64,000 nucleotides of DNA, taken from Eledone cirrhosa (lineage: Eukaryota). Below the pieces are notes generated by a model. It was not told the DNA's origin. It made no database searches and worked only from the letters and a program-made list of their open reading frames with translations. Shown here piece by piece: positions 46,401-60,837 of the stretch (position 1 is the first letter of the stretch; each line of letters starts with the position of its first letter). The stretch spans positions 17,298,001 to 17,362,000 of the forward strand of contig OZ024747.1 of NCBI GenBank assembly GCA_964016885.1. Direction: 5' to 3'. The position numbers and the translations under genes are program-made.

Positions 46401-46680
46401 TTTCTGTTTTAGTTATATATGATGGTATTTTTGCTGGTGTTCTGTTCTTGTTAATATCTCTGCTATCACCAAGGTAATGCTTCACTGTCGTTGCTAAGGC
46501 ATATAAACAGGCCTCGATTTGCCAAAATGTTGTAGTTTTAATCCGTCGTAAATATTCATCCCCTATTTCGTCAATAACACGTAATATTTCATTATTTGGT
46601 TTTTTATTAAATATTGCCGTTTTAATACGTTCAGCAAGAGAGATATTTATACATGAATTAATTTCTCTCTGGAATATTTC
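43409..46680 (-). mobile_element. decayed R4/Dong-type non-LTR retrotransposon (RT plus restriction-like endonuclease), 5'-truncated
   Basis: RT motifs YRPIACQNLMYK, WLDYRKAFD, GIFQGDSL, HNFFVDDLKLY, YRYLG; CCHC knuckle (CRLC..HVISSCP); RHD; RLE motif RPDIMIWD..VVEIS..IGALG; broken by frameshifts; 3' UTR 43409-43632. Confidence 0.92.
45012..45791 (-). pseudogene. reverse transcriptase core fragment of the R4-type element
   Basis: 259-aa ORF carrying the core RT motifs. Confidence 0.92.
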
Positions 46681-47536
<856 letters not shown>

Positions 47537-47850
47537 AATGATGTTGACTTGTTCTTCTTTTTCGTAAATATCATCTTGGTTAAGAGAGTGGGACTGGCTT
47601 TTTGCAGTGCCTTTGCTCACTATAAAAGCTTCACGGCACAGGCATTGCTTTACATCTGGAGATCTCTCTGCACTTGTCACATGGTACCATGGGCCCAGCA
47701 CTGTGTCAATAATTGTCACATGTGTAGTGTTTGTACCAGAGTTTTCAAGTCGCTGGCTGGACTAAAAAGTCACACTCGTTCAGTGCATTGGTAGGTGTTC
47801 TACATGGATATAAAGTAGTGGCCGTACTCGAAAACGAGTTGGCAGCCACC
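47537..47850 (+). mobile_element. bipartite RTE derivative, 5'-truncated copy
   Basis: Reverse complement of 17721-18042; ends GGCAGCCACC followed by (AT)n. Confidence 0.87.
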
Positions 47851-47853
47851 ATA

Positions 47854-47891
<38 letters not shown>

Positions 47892-48060
47892 CATATATGC
47901 TCACTCTCTCTACACACACGCGCACACACACATATATATATATAGGTGTGCGTGTGTAGAGTGAACAGAGCGATAGATATGTACACTCACATATATACGT
48001 ATAAATGAATCCATATACATTTATACACATATACATATCTACATACATAATATATGTATA

Positions 48061-48250
48061 CGAGGTTTGTCCCCAAAGTAAAAGTACTGATTTTCCTATG
48101 CACGACATGATAACGCAGCACCTTAATGTGCCATGGCTTCCCATACATACTTGTTTCATCATGAGTAATTGCTGTTTGTGTACATATGTGTTTATAAATT
48201 CTGTTATGTTTGCGGTGCAGAAAAATATCAAACAACGGTACGATTTTATT
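48061..48250 (+). mobile_element. mariner-like 5' end fragment
   Basis: TA-CGAGGTTTGTCCCCAAAGTA TIR-like start, then ATG..QKNIKQRY resembling the mariner N-terminal EQR motif. Confidence 0.5.
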
Positions 48251-48370
48251 GTATTACATTTAATATAAGTTCCAAGTGTAGTAAGTAAAGTAAAATGGAT
48301 TAGGGTCGTGCTGAAATTGAAACCACAACGTGGTATTTTATACGTTTTATTTTTAAACCTGTGCAAGAGC

Positions 48371-48585
48371 AGTGGATTGGCAGTGTCGGTAGAGAGTCGG
48401 TCACTATGCTTTGCGGCATAGAGTTACAGCCCTTTACAGTCTGAGTTCAAATCCCGCCGAGGTTAACTTTGCCTTCCATCCTTACGGGGTCTATAAAGTA
48501 AAGTACCAGTTACGTACTGGGGTTGATTTAATCGACTTTCCCCTCCCTTCAAATTACTAGCCTTGTGTCTATACAAGAAATCATT
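48371..48585 (+). mobile_element. SINE family A
   Basis: A/B boxes and conserved body. Confidence 0.9.
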
Positions 48586-49439
48586 CTTAAACCTGTGCCA
48601 TTTACATTTCCATCCAATCAGTTTGTATTATGCTCTTTAACAGAACATATGTCGATTGTAATTTAAATTTTCAGTACATTATACAAGTATGTTTTAAATC
48701 CATTGAAAACAAATCCTATTGTGAGACACAGTAATCGCAAAAACGTGGTAATAAATTGTAGTAATAAGGTAAAAACCTTTGCTATTAAAATATGTGTTGA
48801 ATTTAGAAATAATTTCCATTACTGGTTATTTTCAAATTATTTTGCTGCATGACAAAATTAAATTTACACAAATACAATCTCCTTACCATTTACGTTGATG
48901 TGTAAAATACAAATGACTGCCAGCATTAAACATGTAACGTGTCTACTGAATTAATAGAAATAAACGCAGGGCCTGGTGCCAGAAAGCCGTATTTAACATT
49001 AGTTTCTTTCTAAATGTAACATTAATCAAAATACACTAGTACATTGTTTCCCATTTCTATTAATTCCTACCTTGTTATCTGCCAAGTGTACAATAGATTT
49101 TCGACTATTACAGATGTAAAATTATCTGATGTGCACGGATTAAATTAAATGTTCACTCCCGACACCGCCATCTCTCTGCATCTCACTCGTTCTCTCTATC
49201 TGTCTTTCCAGCGCGCACTCACAAAGCCTGTTATAATGTCACACACTTTTCTGATCGCCACACCATATATAATATACATATGTGTGTGTGTGTGTGGGGG
49301 GGGGGGTGCACATAAAGTTCAACAGTTTGAAATACACAATCATATATTCAAGTAAAAGAGAAATAAATATTATTAGATAAATAACAAGCTTTCCCATCAG
49401 AGACGAGACTAATGTCTTCAAAGGGTAGTCTGAGTATTA

Positions 49440-50085
49440 CGAAGGCTTTTATAACGACAAATTCAGACATGATACCAAGTTCCGGGATAATTCCATAAAC
49501 AAGAATAGAGAACTTGTGGATAATCCAATTCTGCAGGAGGAAGTCGAAGCATGTTCAAAGACGAAAAATCCCCAAGATTGGATAATATCCCATCACAGCT
49601 TCTGATATGTGGATAGCCAAAACCTATCAAGGCACTGGCCAACCATTAGTTTTCTATCGTGGTACAAAATGAACAAGTCTCTGGTGACATCGATTCTTTT
49701 GTGTGGATATGAGAACTAGATTGAAGTATCTAGGCATTCGAGCACATGCATGTGATTTGGATGGCTACTACGCATTATGTTTACAGAGCGCAAAAGGGTA
49801 ACCATCATCAAGCTGCAAGTCAACATACTATTGGCAGACAGGACCCAGTCCTTGTGATGGGGGAGGGACGGTGGTTCGCCTAGTACGGTCATATACCCAA
49901 CTACGGCTTCCAGTCTAAACCATAGTTAAGGTTGAGCGACGGAATAGCAAAGAAAATTCTTGTTCGACAACATCAAGGACAAATGGCGAAGAATAGAGAT
50001 TAGTGGCGAAAGCTGACTACGAAAACGTCTAGAGTGGAACTCCAATGGCTGGCTGCACTAGTTGCGAGAACTTGATAATAGCGAT
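49440..50085 (+). pseudogene. heavily decayed RTE-like LINE fragments
   Basis: DNPILQEEVEA..KSPRLDNIPSQLL and KSLVTSILLCGYE remnants. Confidence 0.6.
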
Positions 50086-50568
50086 GAATATATATTTGGT
50101 GTCCATTCATAAAATTTAAAAAAAAACATTTATAAATTTTAAAACACTATCAATTGCGTATAAGATTTCTTATCACATTTTCATTTACCTTTTTTGTTTT
50201 CTCTTTATTTGCCCAACATATCAATGGCTTTTAAGAGGATTTAATCCGACTAGAGAGAAACTATAAAATGTTCTTAGAATAATCCTATAGAATTTTAAAT
50301 GAGACTTTTTCATTTAATATTCCTTGCCATATTGCTATTGAAAGTCAGTTCCTATGATGTTCAGCTAAATTTGAAGATAATCAAGACATTATAGATATCT
50401 AGTAATAAAACTAAGATCCCTATTATAAAGCTGGTATTCAGGTTATAACGTAGCAACTAGTAGATATTTATAAATATAACTAAACTTTTTCTTTTAAAGA
50501 AGCAAGAAATTTATAATAGTTTAAAACTTTGCCTATTAATCCGTATGGTGAGCAAATGGGATCCCACG

Positions 50569-50787
50569 TCATAGCCTCCCCACAGCCCCGGCGGACAGGA
50601 TGGAGAAGGCGTTTCCCCGGAGGATGGTAAGGGAGATGCGGTGGAAGAGCCATTCCAACTCGCGAAGCTCACACCTGCGGCAGGCTAGCTTAGCCCCTAT
50701 GGTGGTGAATAGGGAGATAGCCCTAGGGCCAAGGACACCAGAAGTATCCACTGCCAAGGGCACGACCGCGAACCTGTTGGAAAGCAA
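50569..50787 (-). pseudogene. C-terminal RLE fragment of a CRE-like non-LTR retrotransposon
   Basis: FAVVPLAVDTSGVLGPRA..IG..E.EWLFHRISLTILRGNA matches the P.AVET.G..G / QRIS...QRGNA pattern; GC-rich island. Confidence 0.75.
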
Positions 50788-51321
50788 CCGGAAAAAATTC
50801 CAGAAATTGAATTCTGAGAATTTTAATTTCCAAAATAAAAAACTAAACTTTTCATTATTAGGTTGATGTCATAACTGGACAATCTGTGTTTGGCAGTATG
50901 AACTATTATGGTGAGTCCTACAATATATAGATTTATGAATTTTAGGCTCTGTCAGAAAATGTTTTACTTTTTTTTTTTTGATATGGGAAATATTTACTCA
51001 TAAGCCTTTTACCGGGAATTTTACCGGGAGATTTTGCAGAATTTTGCATATCTCAAATTATGTCTATAAGATAAGCGCATCTAAGGAAAGTAATCTGAAG
51101 TCTGTAAATATCTTTTGACAGGAGTGAACAACAGTACACTTATCTTTGAGAGAGTAAATCTGCAAAAGAGATTCAAAAGAACTTAAGACGAGCAGTAACT
51201 ATTGAGGTCGTGCGGCTCCAGCTTTGGTATTCTATGAACAGAATTTGTGATTATTTTATTTCATTATAGCTTAAAAACTAGTTTATTATTCTCATTTTAC
51301 ATTTATTATATATATATAAAT

Positions 51322-51453
51322 ATTCCTGATGATTTCTCAAGAATGAAACTGTTCTAGTCCTGTAGAATCTCATCTATATTAAAACTTGTATACGCTGCTA
51401 TGTATTGAGTACCTTACTTACTGTGGTTACCTCCGATTCAACCCGGAATAACT
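51322..51453 (+). mobile_element. small TA-flanked element with hammerhead-like motif and tail
   Basis: attc-CTGATGA-t-TTCT-ca-AGAA-t-GAAA-..-TA-gaat (51322-51368); TTGAGTAC at 51405. Confidence 0.6.
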
Positions 51454-51474
51454 TATATATATATATATATATAT

Positions 51475-51746
51475 ATAACGGAGGAAGTGTAGTAAGGAAT
51501 CAGATCGACCATAACGCACCAGAGTTCTCACTACTTAGGGTAGTGGGTAGTGGGTAATAGGAAAATGTTCAAGACCCCGACGGCAGAGCTCAAGCCGTTT
51601 CGCGGGTATTTCTGGACTGAAATAGTCTGAAATGGGCGTTGAAACGGGTTGAGCTCTGCCGTCGGGGTCTTGAACACTTTCCTATATATATATATATATA
51701 TATAACGAAGGAAATGTGGTAAGGAACCAGATGGACCATAACGCAT
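51475..51746 (-). mobile_element. PLE-derived fold-back element, family F, plus an extra tail fragment
   Basis: Tail 51475-51558, arms 51559-51617 / 51624-51683, second tail piece 51703-51746. Confidence 0.85.
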
Positions 51747-52199
51747 CAATGCTGGGGTTTTGTTTCACCATCCACCCTTACATACCCACATATGTCATAC
51801 ATTGTACATATATGGCATTTATTCACGTGTTAATATGACATTTTATAATCGTATTTTAAGTTTAGTTTCTATGATAGATTATTGGGTTGTTTTCTGGTCT
51901 ATTTACACGAATCACCAGCTTTTCTTTCTATTTACTAGCTTACATGAAAACAGAAAATAGTTTTTTGTTCATTTTTTTCTTGCTATTATATGCATTAACA
52001 ACTTTATATTTGCAAATAGGTATTTTTGTACTTCTAAAGTACATCTTAGTATAATAACAGTTATTTATGCGCAGACATCCGTTTTTTTTACTTCAAAGCT
52101 TGTGAACATACAGACTGATGAAATTTCTGCCGAAGGCCATCAGGTATAAATGTGTATATGTGCACAAGTCACTTTGAGATAAATACACACACACACATA

Positions 52200-52230
<31 letters not shown>

Positions 52231-52925
52231 AAATATTAAACAAATAATGAATAAACAATTTCTTATATTAAACAAAAAGAGTTCATTATTTAACGATCGT
52301 TTTTAGGATATATATGTGTTAGAATTGGTATGCATATTCAACAGATCTATGTACAAAATTATACAAAATTATACAAATTATCAAGATTAAATATACATAC
52401 CAAACACATATATACGCCGTCTTCAGAAATAATGAAGTATATTTATTGATAATAACAACAATTCAAAATTTCAGGTCCGTTTGGGAACAAAAATTGACCA
52501 ATGAAAACACAAAGGGTTAAATGCAGTTCGGTGTGTGTATATACATGTAAAACCCTTACACATATTTTACAAAAATGTATGTATAAATTGTATACGCATA
52601 CTAAAAGGATGGATGCGAACACAAAATTTCAAGGTTAATGTCTCTGTGAGTTATTGACACTTATGAAGTTAAGTATATAAATATATTTTTTCATACTCAC
52701 ACATATCCGTACAATCACACATACACGCGCGTATATGCATAAATATACACATAACCACGAACATACAAACACACACACACACCCACTCACATTTATATAT
52801 GTGGATATAAAATCATAAGCACATGGATATTAATTCACTCACATAAAACACTGGCATACACATTTTCAGATCAAGATACAGAAATTAGGTGGGAGGGGGG
52901 GGAGGGGTCAGTATTCAACGGTCTA

Positions 52926-52995
<70 letters not shown>

Positions 52996-53001
52996 TATAC
53001 A

Positions 53002-53151
<150 letters not shown>

Positions 53152-53234
53152 TATATATATATATAAGCATACACGCACACACGGATTTTATTTATATGAG
53201 TGTTTATCGGAAAGTGACTTGTGCACATATACAC

Positions 53235-53279
<45 letters not shown>

Positions 53280-54521
53280 CATACTTACTGATATGCTTAA
53301 TGTATAAATTTCGTATGTCTCCTGCTAACACAATACAATCGCACCCACATGGAGAGCAAAATATACATAGCAAGATGCCGACTGAAAGAGATAAAGAAAC
53401 AGATAGAGAGAGAGATAAGAAGAGAGTGGGTATACTAGGCAGATAGAAAATGAAAGACTTAGAAATGCTTTAGAGAAATTGATTGAGAGTCTGATAAATA
53501 CATGGTTAAAAATGAATTTCCCTTTGTTGTATATTGATAATTAGTAGTGTACATCTATATTTACTGTTTGTATTTGTTTTAGGCAAGATTCTTGATATGA
53601 AATCGTGTGTTGAAACAGATATTGTGTAACATCTTTAGCTGCTATAAATGTAGCTAGCAATCGAACCAGCACCATGGAAAATATGGAAATACTTGACGGA
53701 GGACATGTGTCATCGTAACCTTTCTTGCTCGCTGTTTGCCAAGCAAATGAGAGCATTAAGTTTATTTAATGATCTAAAACAAATCAAAGTTGAACGTAAA
53801 AACATCATGGGAGGTTGCGTTTAGTTTGAGAGCTCAAGAATCGCATAAAACTCCATCTAATTAATGCGTGTTTTTTTTTCTGAGTTTGGGTGAGCAAATA
53901 AATATACAAATAAACATATGAATATGTATGGAAAGCATTTGACATGTTAAAGGAACGAAAAATAAACGTAAGATAGTCAATGATCGAAATTAAACGTAAA
54001 GTGTGAGAATCTACACACACTGGCTGACATGAGATTCTCATTCCTGTGAATAAGCAGCATTGCTGTGAGATCACAGATGGGAATTCTGAAATACACCACT
54101 GAGCACGATATATTACTTCAGGGATGAAAATAAGGACGGAGTTTAAGAGTCATTCAAGTGTTCACGGTTTTGCCAATGGTCTAACAAACGATAAAGCAAA
54201 AGTTCCCCGAGGACTTTGGTTGCATTTCGTTGCGTTCGCGGACAGAACATTTAGATGGGCCGCCATTTGTAAACCAGATTATCATATATGACGCAATTAC
54301 TCAGACTCAAGAGGTCAGTTCAAACAACCGAAATTGCAGGTTTTCTTGTATATGTTTATGGGTATCGGTATCTGTTTTGTATATTTTATACAATTATCCG
54401 TTTATTGTTGTAGCTGTTGTGTGTAACAGTATGTAATGTTTTTTTATATTCTTCTTCTTTTCGTATCTTCGAAGCATGTGGTTATATGACAGTTTCCCAT
54501 TTCTTTACACAGTCCTTTGCA

Positions 54522-54710
54522 TGGATTGGCAGTATCGGTAGAGGGTCAGAACGCCATGCTTTGCAGCACAGTTACGTCCCTTTACGAACTGAGTTCAAAT
54601 CCCGCCGAGGTTAACTTTGCCTTTCATCCTTACGGGGTCGATAAAATAAAGTACCAGTAATATACTGGTTAATTGCTGGCCTTGTGCCAAACGTAGAAAC
54701 AATTATTATT
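54522..54710 (+). mobile_element. SINE family A
   Basis: A/B boxes and conserved body. Confidence 0.9.
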
Positions 54711-54712
54711 AA

Positions 54713-54903
54713 ATTATGTGAGATCTTTTAAGCTGCACTGGTTGGGTAGTAGAGGGCAAACAAGGCAGTGCTACATCGTGTGGTCCTCCTCTCCGCATTC
54801 GCAGATGGTTGGGCCGGTCTTGTAGCCCCATCTGGCCACAGCAGCTTTTGATCGCCCCATTCCTGTTCTCAGGTGGTTTAGTGTCTTCCACTGGACCCAT
54901 GAC
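54713..54903 (-). pseudogene. C-terminal fragment of an I-group (Vingi/Ingi-like) LINE
   Basis: Frame not in the ORF track: WVQWKTLNHLRTGMGRSKAAVARWGYKTGPTICECGEEDHTM*HCLVCPLLPNQCSLKDL, with LNRLRTG-like and CxCG..H...CP motifs. Confidence 0.75.
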
Positions 54904-55054
54904 TTAATATAACAGTACACCGTCACTGAAGCTACCTTTTATAAAACTCAGATTCGTTTGCTTCTATATAATGTGCAGTAATGTTGTATACGCATATTGT
55001 TGGTATGAATTGTCATTGCAGGCATTATTGACACATTAACATGTGGTATTTAGT

Positions 55055-55540
55055 TGACTCTATATGTCTTGATTGCAAGTTCCACCGGAGCCAGTTTCAT
55101 ATTATCGTCCGAGGTCAATAATATAAAACTGCCAGTAAAATACTAGATTTGATTTAATCTGCGTTCTTTACTACCAAATTGCTGACCATGTGCCAAAATT
55201 AGAAACTATTATAAAGATTAGATTCTCTGACATTTATTCGAAGCCTTTACGTTCTGTCTTCAAATCCCACTTTTTTCCCTTCCAGGGTCGAGAATATAAA
55301 ATATATCAGGCAATATCTGAGGTCAATGGAATCGACATTTCCACCCCTAAAAATTGATGATCTTGTGCCTAGTTTAGAAATCATTATAGCCATTGAGTTC
55401 AAATCCCGCCGAGGTTAACTTTGCCTTTCATCCTTACAGGGTCGATAAAATAAAGTACCAGTAACGTACTGGTGTCGATTTAATCGACTTTCCCATGCCC
55501 CCAAATTACTGGCCTTTTGCCTATAATAGAAATCATTATC
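55055..55540 (+). mobile_element. three tandem SINE family A copies (two old, one younger)
   Basis: Degenerate bodies ending TGTGCC..TTAGAAA at ~55205 and ~55380; a conserved copy at 55394-55540. Confidence 0.75.
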
Positions 55541-56058
55541 CTTATAACCGTATAATCCTTATACTATTTTGATGCTGCTGTTGCAAATGTCGTTGGTGCC
55601 GTTGATGACGATTGTGTTTGTGTTATTGTTTTTACTAAACTTGATGGCTTGTTGTTATTTGTATTGACGTTTTAGTCGTTTTTATTGTTTTTGTTGTTGT
55701 TGCTATTATCTTCATTGCTGAAGGTAACATCAAGGTTGATTTATTGCTTTCAGCAAGTATGAGGCATCGATCAGGATGAATATCTTCCTCGAGCGCAACT
55801 AAAAGGTTAAGTTTTCAATTATTAAATGTATCGTGTTTACGTCTTAGGATATGGTTAGAATAAGGAACGCCCGGATATTATATATTTGGCAGCACAGACA
55901 GCTACTGGAAAGTAGAAATAAGTATAATAAAGACATATGCGATGTTTCCCAAGGCAGTAAAGGAGGGGGTGTTCGAATATATAGCATATATAAAATATAG
56001 GTATGTCTTTATTACAGACTAAAATAAAATGAAGGAATAGTGCTTACAGCATATATAA

Positions 56059-56129
<71 letters not shown>

Positions 56130-56239
56130 CATATATATAAAAGAAAAGAAAGACTACACTTGTAGTTCTAAACAATTTGATTTAACTTTATAATATTATG
56201 ATTTGGTAGAACTATATAATATATACATGTATATATCTA

Positions 56240-56570
56240 GGGCGGGTAAAATTCCCGAGATCCATGGACGAGTTCTCTCCAGCGGTCTCTGTCTCTCATT
56301 ATCGCTGCCATGTCCTGCGTCTCCAACAGACCAGTGTCTGTCCTTAGGGCATCAACTACGTTAACCTTGGTCTTCCCCTTCCAGTGTGTCCATGTAGGGG
56401 CTCCAACAGGAGCACTGACTGCAATGTCAATTCTAGATGTCGGTGAGCATGTCCAGCTAACCTCAGTCTCCTTTGTGTCACTTTTGAGCGGACTTTTGGG
56501 AGGCTTCCATACAGCTCTGAGTTTTTCATCCTCAGTGTATACTGATTAATGTACAGAGCCATCCCCAGCA
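56240..56570 (-). pseudogene. 3' fragment of an RTE-group LINE ORF
   Basis: NSELYGSLPKVRSKVTQRRLRLAGHAHRH..VLLLEPLHG..GRGRPRLT*VDALRTDTG..MRDRDRW. Confidence 0.8.
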
Positions 56571-56591
56571 TATATATATATATATATATAT

Positions 56592-56804
56592 TGAAGGCGT
56601 GTGGCTGAGTGGTTAGGGAATTGGATTCGCAATCGTGAGGTTGTGAGTTCGGTTCCGGGACCCGGTGATGCGTTATGTCCTTGAGCAAGACACTTTATTT
56701 CACGTTGCTCCTTCTACCTGGAGTTGCGACCGATAGATAGTATTAGCAACTAGAAAGACCAACGGAAACATTGTTTCCTCAGTCTGATTTGACAAAAGTC
56801 GATC
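56592..56804 (+). mobile_element. SINE family B (CORE-like)
   Basis: tRNA-like head and TGTCCTTGAGCAAGACACTT; matches 5088-5300. Confidence 0.87.
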
Positions 56805-56931
56805 GATATAAAAAGAAATATATATATATATATAAATGGAAAAAATGAAATTTCATTTCTCGCTCTTAGTACGGCTGATACTTAAATATAAGTATGTATA
56901 CGTACAGTAGTATGTATATGCATACATCCAT

Positions 56932-57531
<600 letters not shown>

Positions 57532-57554
57532 TATATATATATACATATATATAT

Positions 57555-57744
57555 ATAGTTATGTAATAAACAACATAAGGCAATTATTCCATTTACCAGT
57601 GGTTTCTTAAAAAATCTTTTGCTTTTAAGAAACCACTGGTAAATGGAATAATTGCCTTGTGTTGTTTATTACATAACTATTAAGCTCTGTTACCTACATA
57701 GAGCACTCTTTTTTCCTGGACTTTTCCGACGGAATTACTTCATT

Positions 57745-57748
<4 letters not shown>
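57555..57748 (+). mobile_element. family H fold-back element plus tail
   Basis: Palindrome 57555-57680 folding back inside hammerhead stem II; GAGCACT at 57701. Confidence 0.85.
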
Positions 57749-57789
<41 letters not shown>

Positions 57790-57793
<4 letters not shown>

Positions 57794-58137
57794 GTATGGG
57801 TTTACCGAACATTTATTATAATGCTCGGTTTGTTTGTAAACAAACAGCCCGAATTATTAGCCGCACAGTGTTCAGCAACCATCGTTGCCATTTTGTTCAA
57901 CAAACGAACAATGAACTAGTTTCTAGCTTATTAGCTGAAAGTAAAATTTGGCTTCGTTTACTATTAATTCTCTGCTATATATATTTCAGTGGCAGCTATT
58001 ATTGGCTGTGACCTTTTCAGGCAGTCAGAATTAGTGTGGAAAAGACACGTACACATGTTGTTGAAGTGTGTTCCACTCTGTCTATACATCGATATGTCCA
58101 GCTCCTGGGTGTGTTGTTAGTCCTCGGAGGAACTGGA

Positions 58138-58141
<4 letters not shown>
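57790..58141 (-). mobile_element. fused PLE-type fragments (13196-family 3' part plus family G copy)
   Basis: 57790-57940 matches 13210-13360; 57940-58141 matches 14030-14240, with a mutated hammerhead at 57972-58025. Confidence 0.82.
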
Positions 58142-58184
<43 letters not shown>

Positions 58185-59803
58185 TCTCACCTACACATAC
58201 ACACAAATAAACATGTATGTATATATATATGTTTGTGTGTGTCTGTGTCGGTATGTGTTTTTCTATCAGTTTGTGAGTGTGAGTCTGTGCCTGCGTGTGC
58301 GTGTGCGTGTGCGTGTGTGTGTGTGTATGTGTGTTGGCAAATTGGCAGAGTTGGATGAACGTCGGATGTTCTAACTATTCCACTAATTCTCATTTACCGA
58401 TTTCAATGATAACATTTAGAACTCATTAAACATACTCTTCTCAATATATTTCTTTTAGGGGTGACATCACGTCATTTACTCTCCAACATTCTAAACATGT
58501 ATATAAGCGGTTAGTATCAATACATACATAATTTTGCTTTGCGTTAGAAAATAGCAGTCACTTAGATCATTGGCCTTTACGAATTTTCAAATTACATCTT
58601 TGCTCATGGAGGAAATGAACATGGCATTGACTGTCATGATATCACCCTATGACAGAACTCTTTACTCATGAGTCTTCTGATTAGAGGATGCAGATTCAAT
58701 GAGAGATAAGGAAACACGAGAGAGGATAGCTTGTATTACAGACACCGAAAACAAAGCAATTAATTTCCTTTTGTTACTTAAAGCTTGCCTGACAAATGCA
58801 GCTCTGAATTCTCAACCCATTCCTCGATCTTATTATTTCATCCACGATTTCGTGTTGCTATACTAAACGGAAAACTAAATGAATTCCCATCATTTACTCA
58901 ACACTGCATGCAATGTCGTTTCTTTGTAACTATAGAAAATACTTTTTTCCCCTTTTCTAAGAAATTTCAGTTTCAAATTTGTTCAGGATTCGATAGGAAG
59001 CTTACATCATTTGCTTCGTATAACAATAAATGTCGCTCATTTTCTTAATGTAAGTAGACAGGTGATGATGGTTGTTTGAAATTGCAAGTAGGAAGTGAAA
59101 TAACGTTAACGGTTCCTCACATGAATGGGATGATGTTTATCAGAGCACCTAGTGAAGGTCGCATTTGACGACCATTAAAGGAACATTAACCGACAAAACA
59201 ACAAGATATAGTGAGAATAGTTTTCTCAATACAAAATCTTTAAGCATAGCAACTATCAGTTAAAACATTTGAAAATCAATAGACGTGCCTTTATTACATA
59301 GAAATGGTGAATTCCGAAAAGAAAAATCCGAGATATGTTCAAGCCTCAGAGAAATGTATAATAATTCTATTTACACATTGCAATATGTTATGCTTAGCTG
59401 TAAAAGAAGAGAACGATATTAGAAAGGAACGAATCAATAAAGTCTCATGCGCATTGACACCGTGAATAGAGATTCGTCTTTTATATTGAGAATGAAAGTG
59501 AAATTACTTCACGGTCCCATATTACATTTGTGTAGGTTTCTGGTAGGAAAAAATAGTTAGGAAACGCGTGAATAGATATATTTCGATTTTTATTAGATTG
59601 ATCTGTCTTGATCTCCTTATTTAGTAAAGCCAAATGTACACACTCATACATACACATCAGAACACACTTACACATACATGTACACTCACACAAAAGCACA
59701 CACACACACACATACAGACTATATAGCTGGGGCCTAGCGGATAGGAAATTGGATTCATTATCATTAAAACGTGGGCATAATTCTTAAACATAGCAGTATA
59801 TTG

Positions 59804-60422
59804 TACAGGGCGACTCAAAGAAAATTGGCCCCCTTTTTTTTTGTCTACATTATTCATTTTTGACAAAAACTGATGAAGCACCGAAACCCTTTAGTTTAAA
59901 CCATTAAAAACTACATATCAAAACTTCCTTATTTTTTTATGTTTGCCCTGAAGTACAGCACCTGTTGCAAGTGATCTCTATTTGAAAAACCATGAATTTT
60001 TTAGTGGGTACGTAATAAGAGTTTCTGCGGAGAAACCTAAGCCAACCTTTTGAGCTCTGGTTCAACAGACTCTCGGACCAATACTTTTTTGTGTATGCTT
60101 CCTGGGTGATCCAAATAGGATAGGATGGTCCTGGGAAATTGTATTGAGGTTCTCCACAGTCCCGTATGTCTCTCATTTCTATAACGAGTATTGTGGCATT
60201 GAACGGAAATTGTCAATTCCCCAAAATGCATAAACCTGCTCCCGGACCTGCTTGTATGTGCCACACTTATATTAGTGTTGCACAGAAGCTCGTATTTGCG
60301 TCTTGCTGTCTTTGCAGACATTGTATCTACCATGTCCTGAAATCTAAGGTTGGTTGGTTAAAAAATGAATATATAGTAACGGAAAACATGCATGAGCCAA
60401 GTTTAGATTTAACCACCCTGTA
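59804..60422 (-). mobile_element. internally deleted Tc1/mariner-superfamily transposon
   Basis: TACAGGG..CCCTGTA termini; minus-strand remnants VQH*YKCGTYKQVREQ, K*ETYGTVENLN..GSPRK and LVRESVE resemble the DUF4817-type transposase HTH. Confidence 0.65.
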
Positions 60423-60612
60423 TTTTTCAACAAGAAGATTCATTTCACGCTTCTTGCTCTGATAAAACTGGTGCCCCTAATATATATATATATATAGAGA
60501 GAGAATTAGTATATCTACCAACATATGTATACAGATGTATACCCATGCTAGCAAATATATATGTTATGTCTTAGTACCTTTGTGGTTCTATGCAGGGGGG
60601 ATGCAGAACAAT

Positions 60613-60837
60613 TATATGAAAGACGTAAAGTAAGAAAATTTTAAAAATTAAAAATTAACTTACTTACAGAAACTAATTAGTTGTAGTGAAAATTTTAGTA
60701 AGGGAATACATATAGTTACGTAACGAATTCCTTACGTCATCAGGGAGTCTATTCAAACTAATTAGTTGGAGTGAAAATTTTAGTAAGTAAGTTAATTTTT
60801 AATTTTTAAAATTTTCTTATTTTACGTCTTTCATATA
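60613..60837. repeat. inverted repeat (~55-bp arms) enclosing a 33-bp direct repeat and a degenerate hammerhead-like core
   Basis: ATATGAAAGACGTAAA..TTAACTTACTTAC is mirrored; AAACTAATTAGTTG.AGTGAAAATTTTAGTAAG occurs twice; minus-strand CTGATGA at 60737-60743. Confidence 0.75.

Noticed and set aside
59870-59897. CTGATGA..GAAA
   Set aside because: No stem II or stem III pairing; chance match inside the Tc1-like element.
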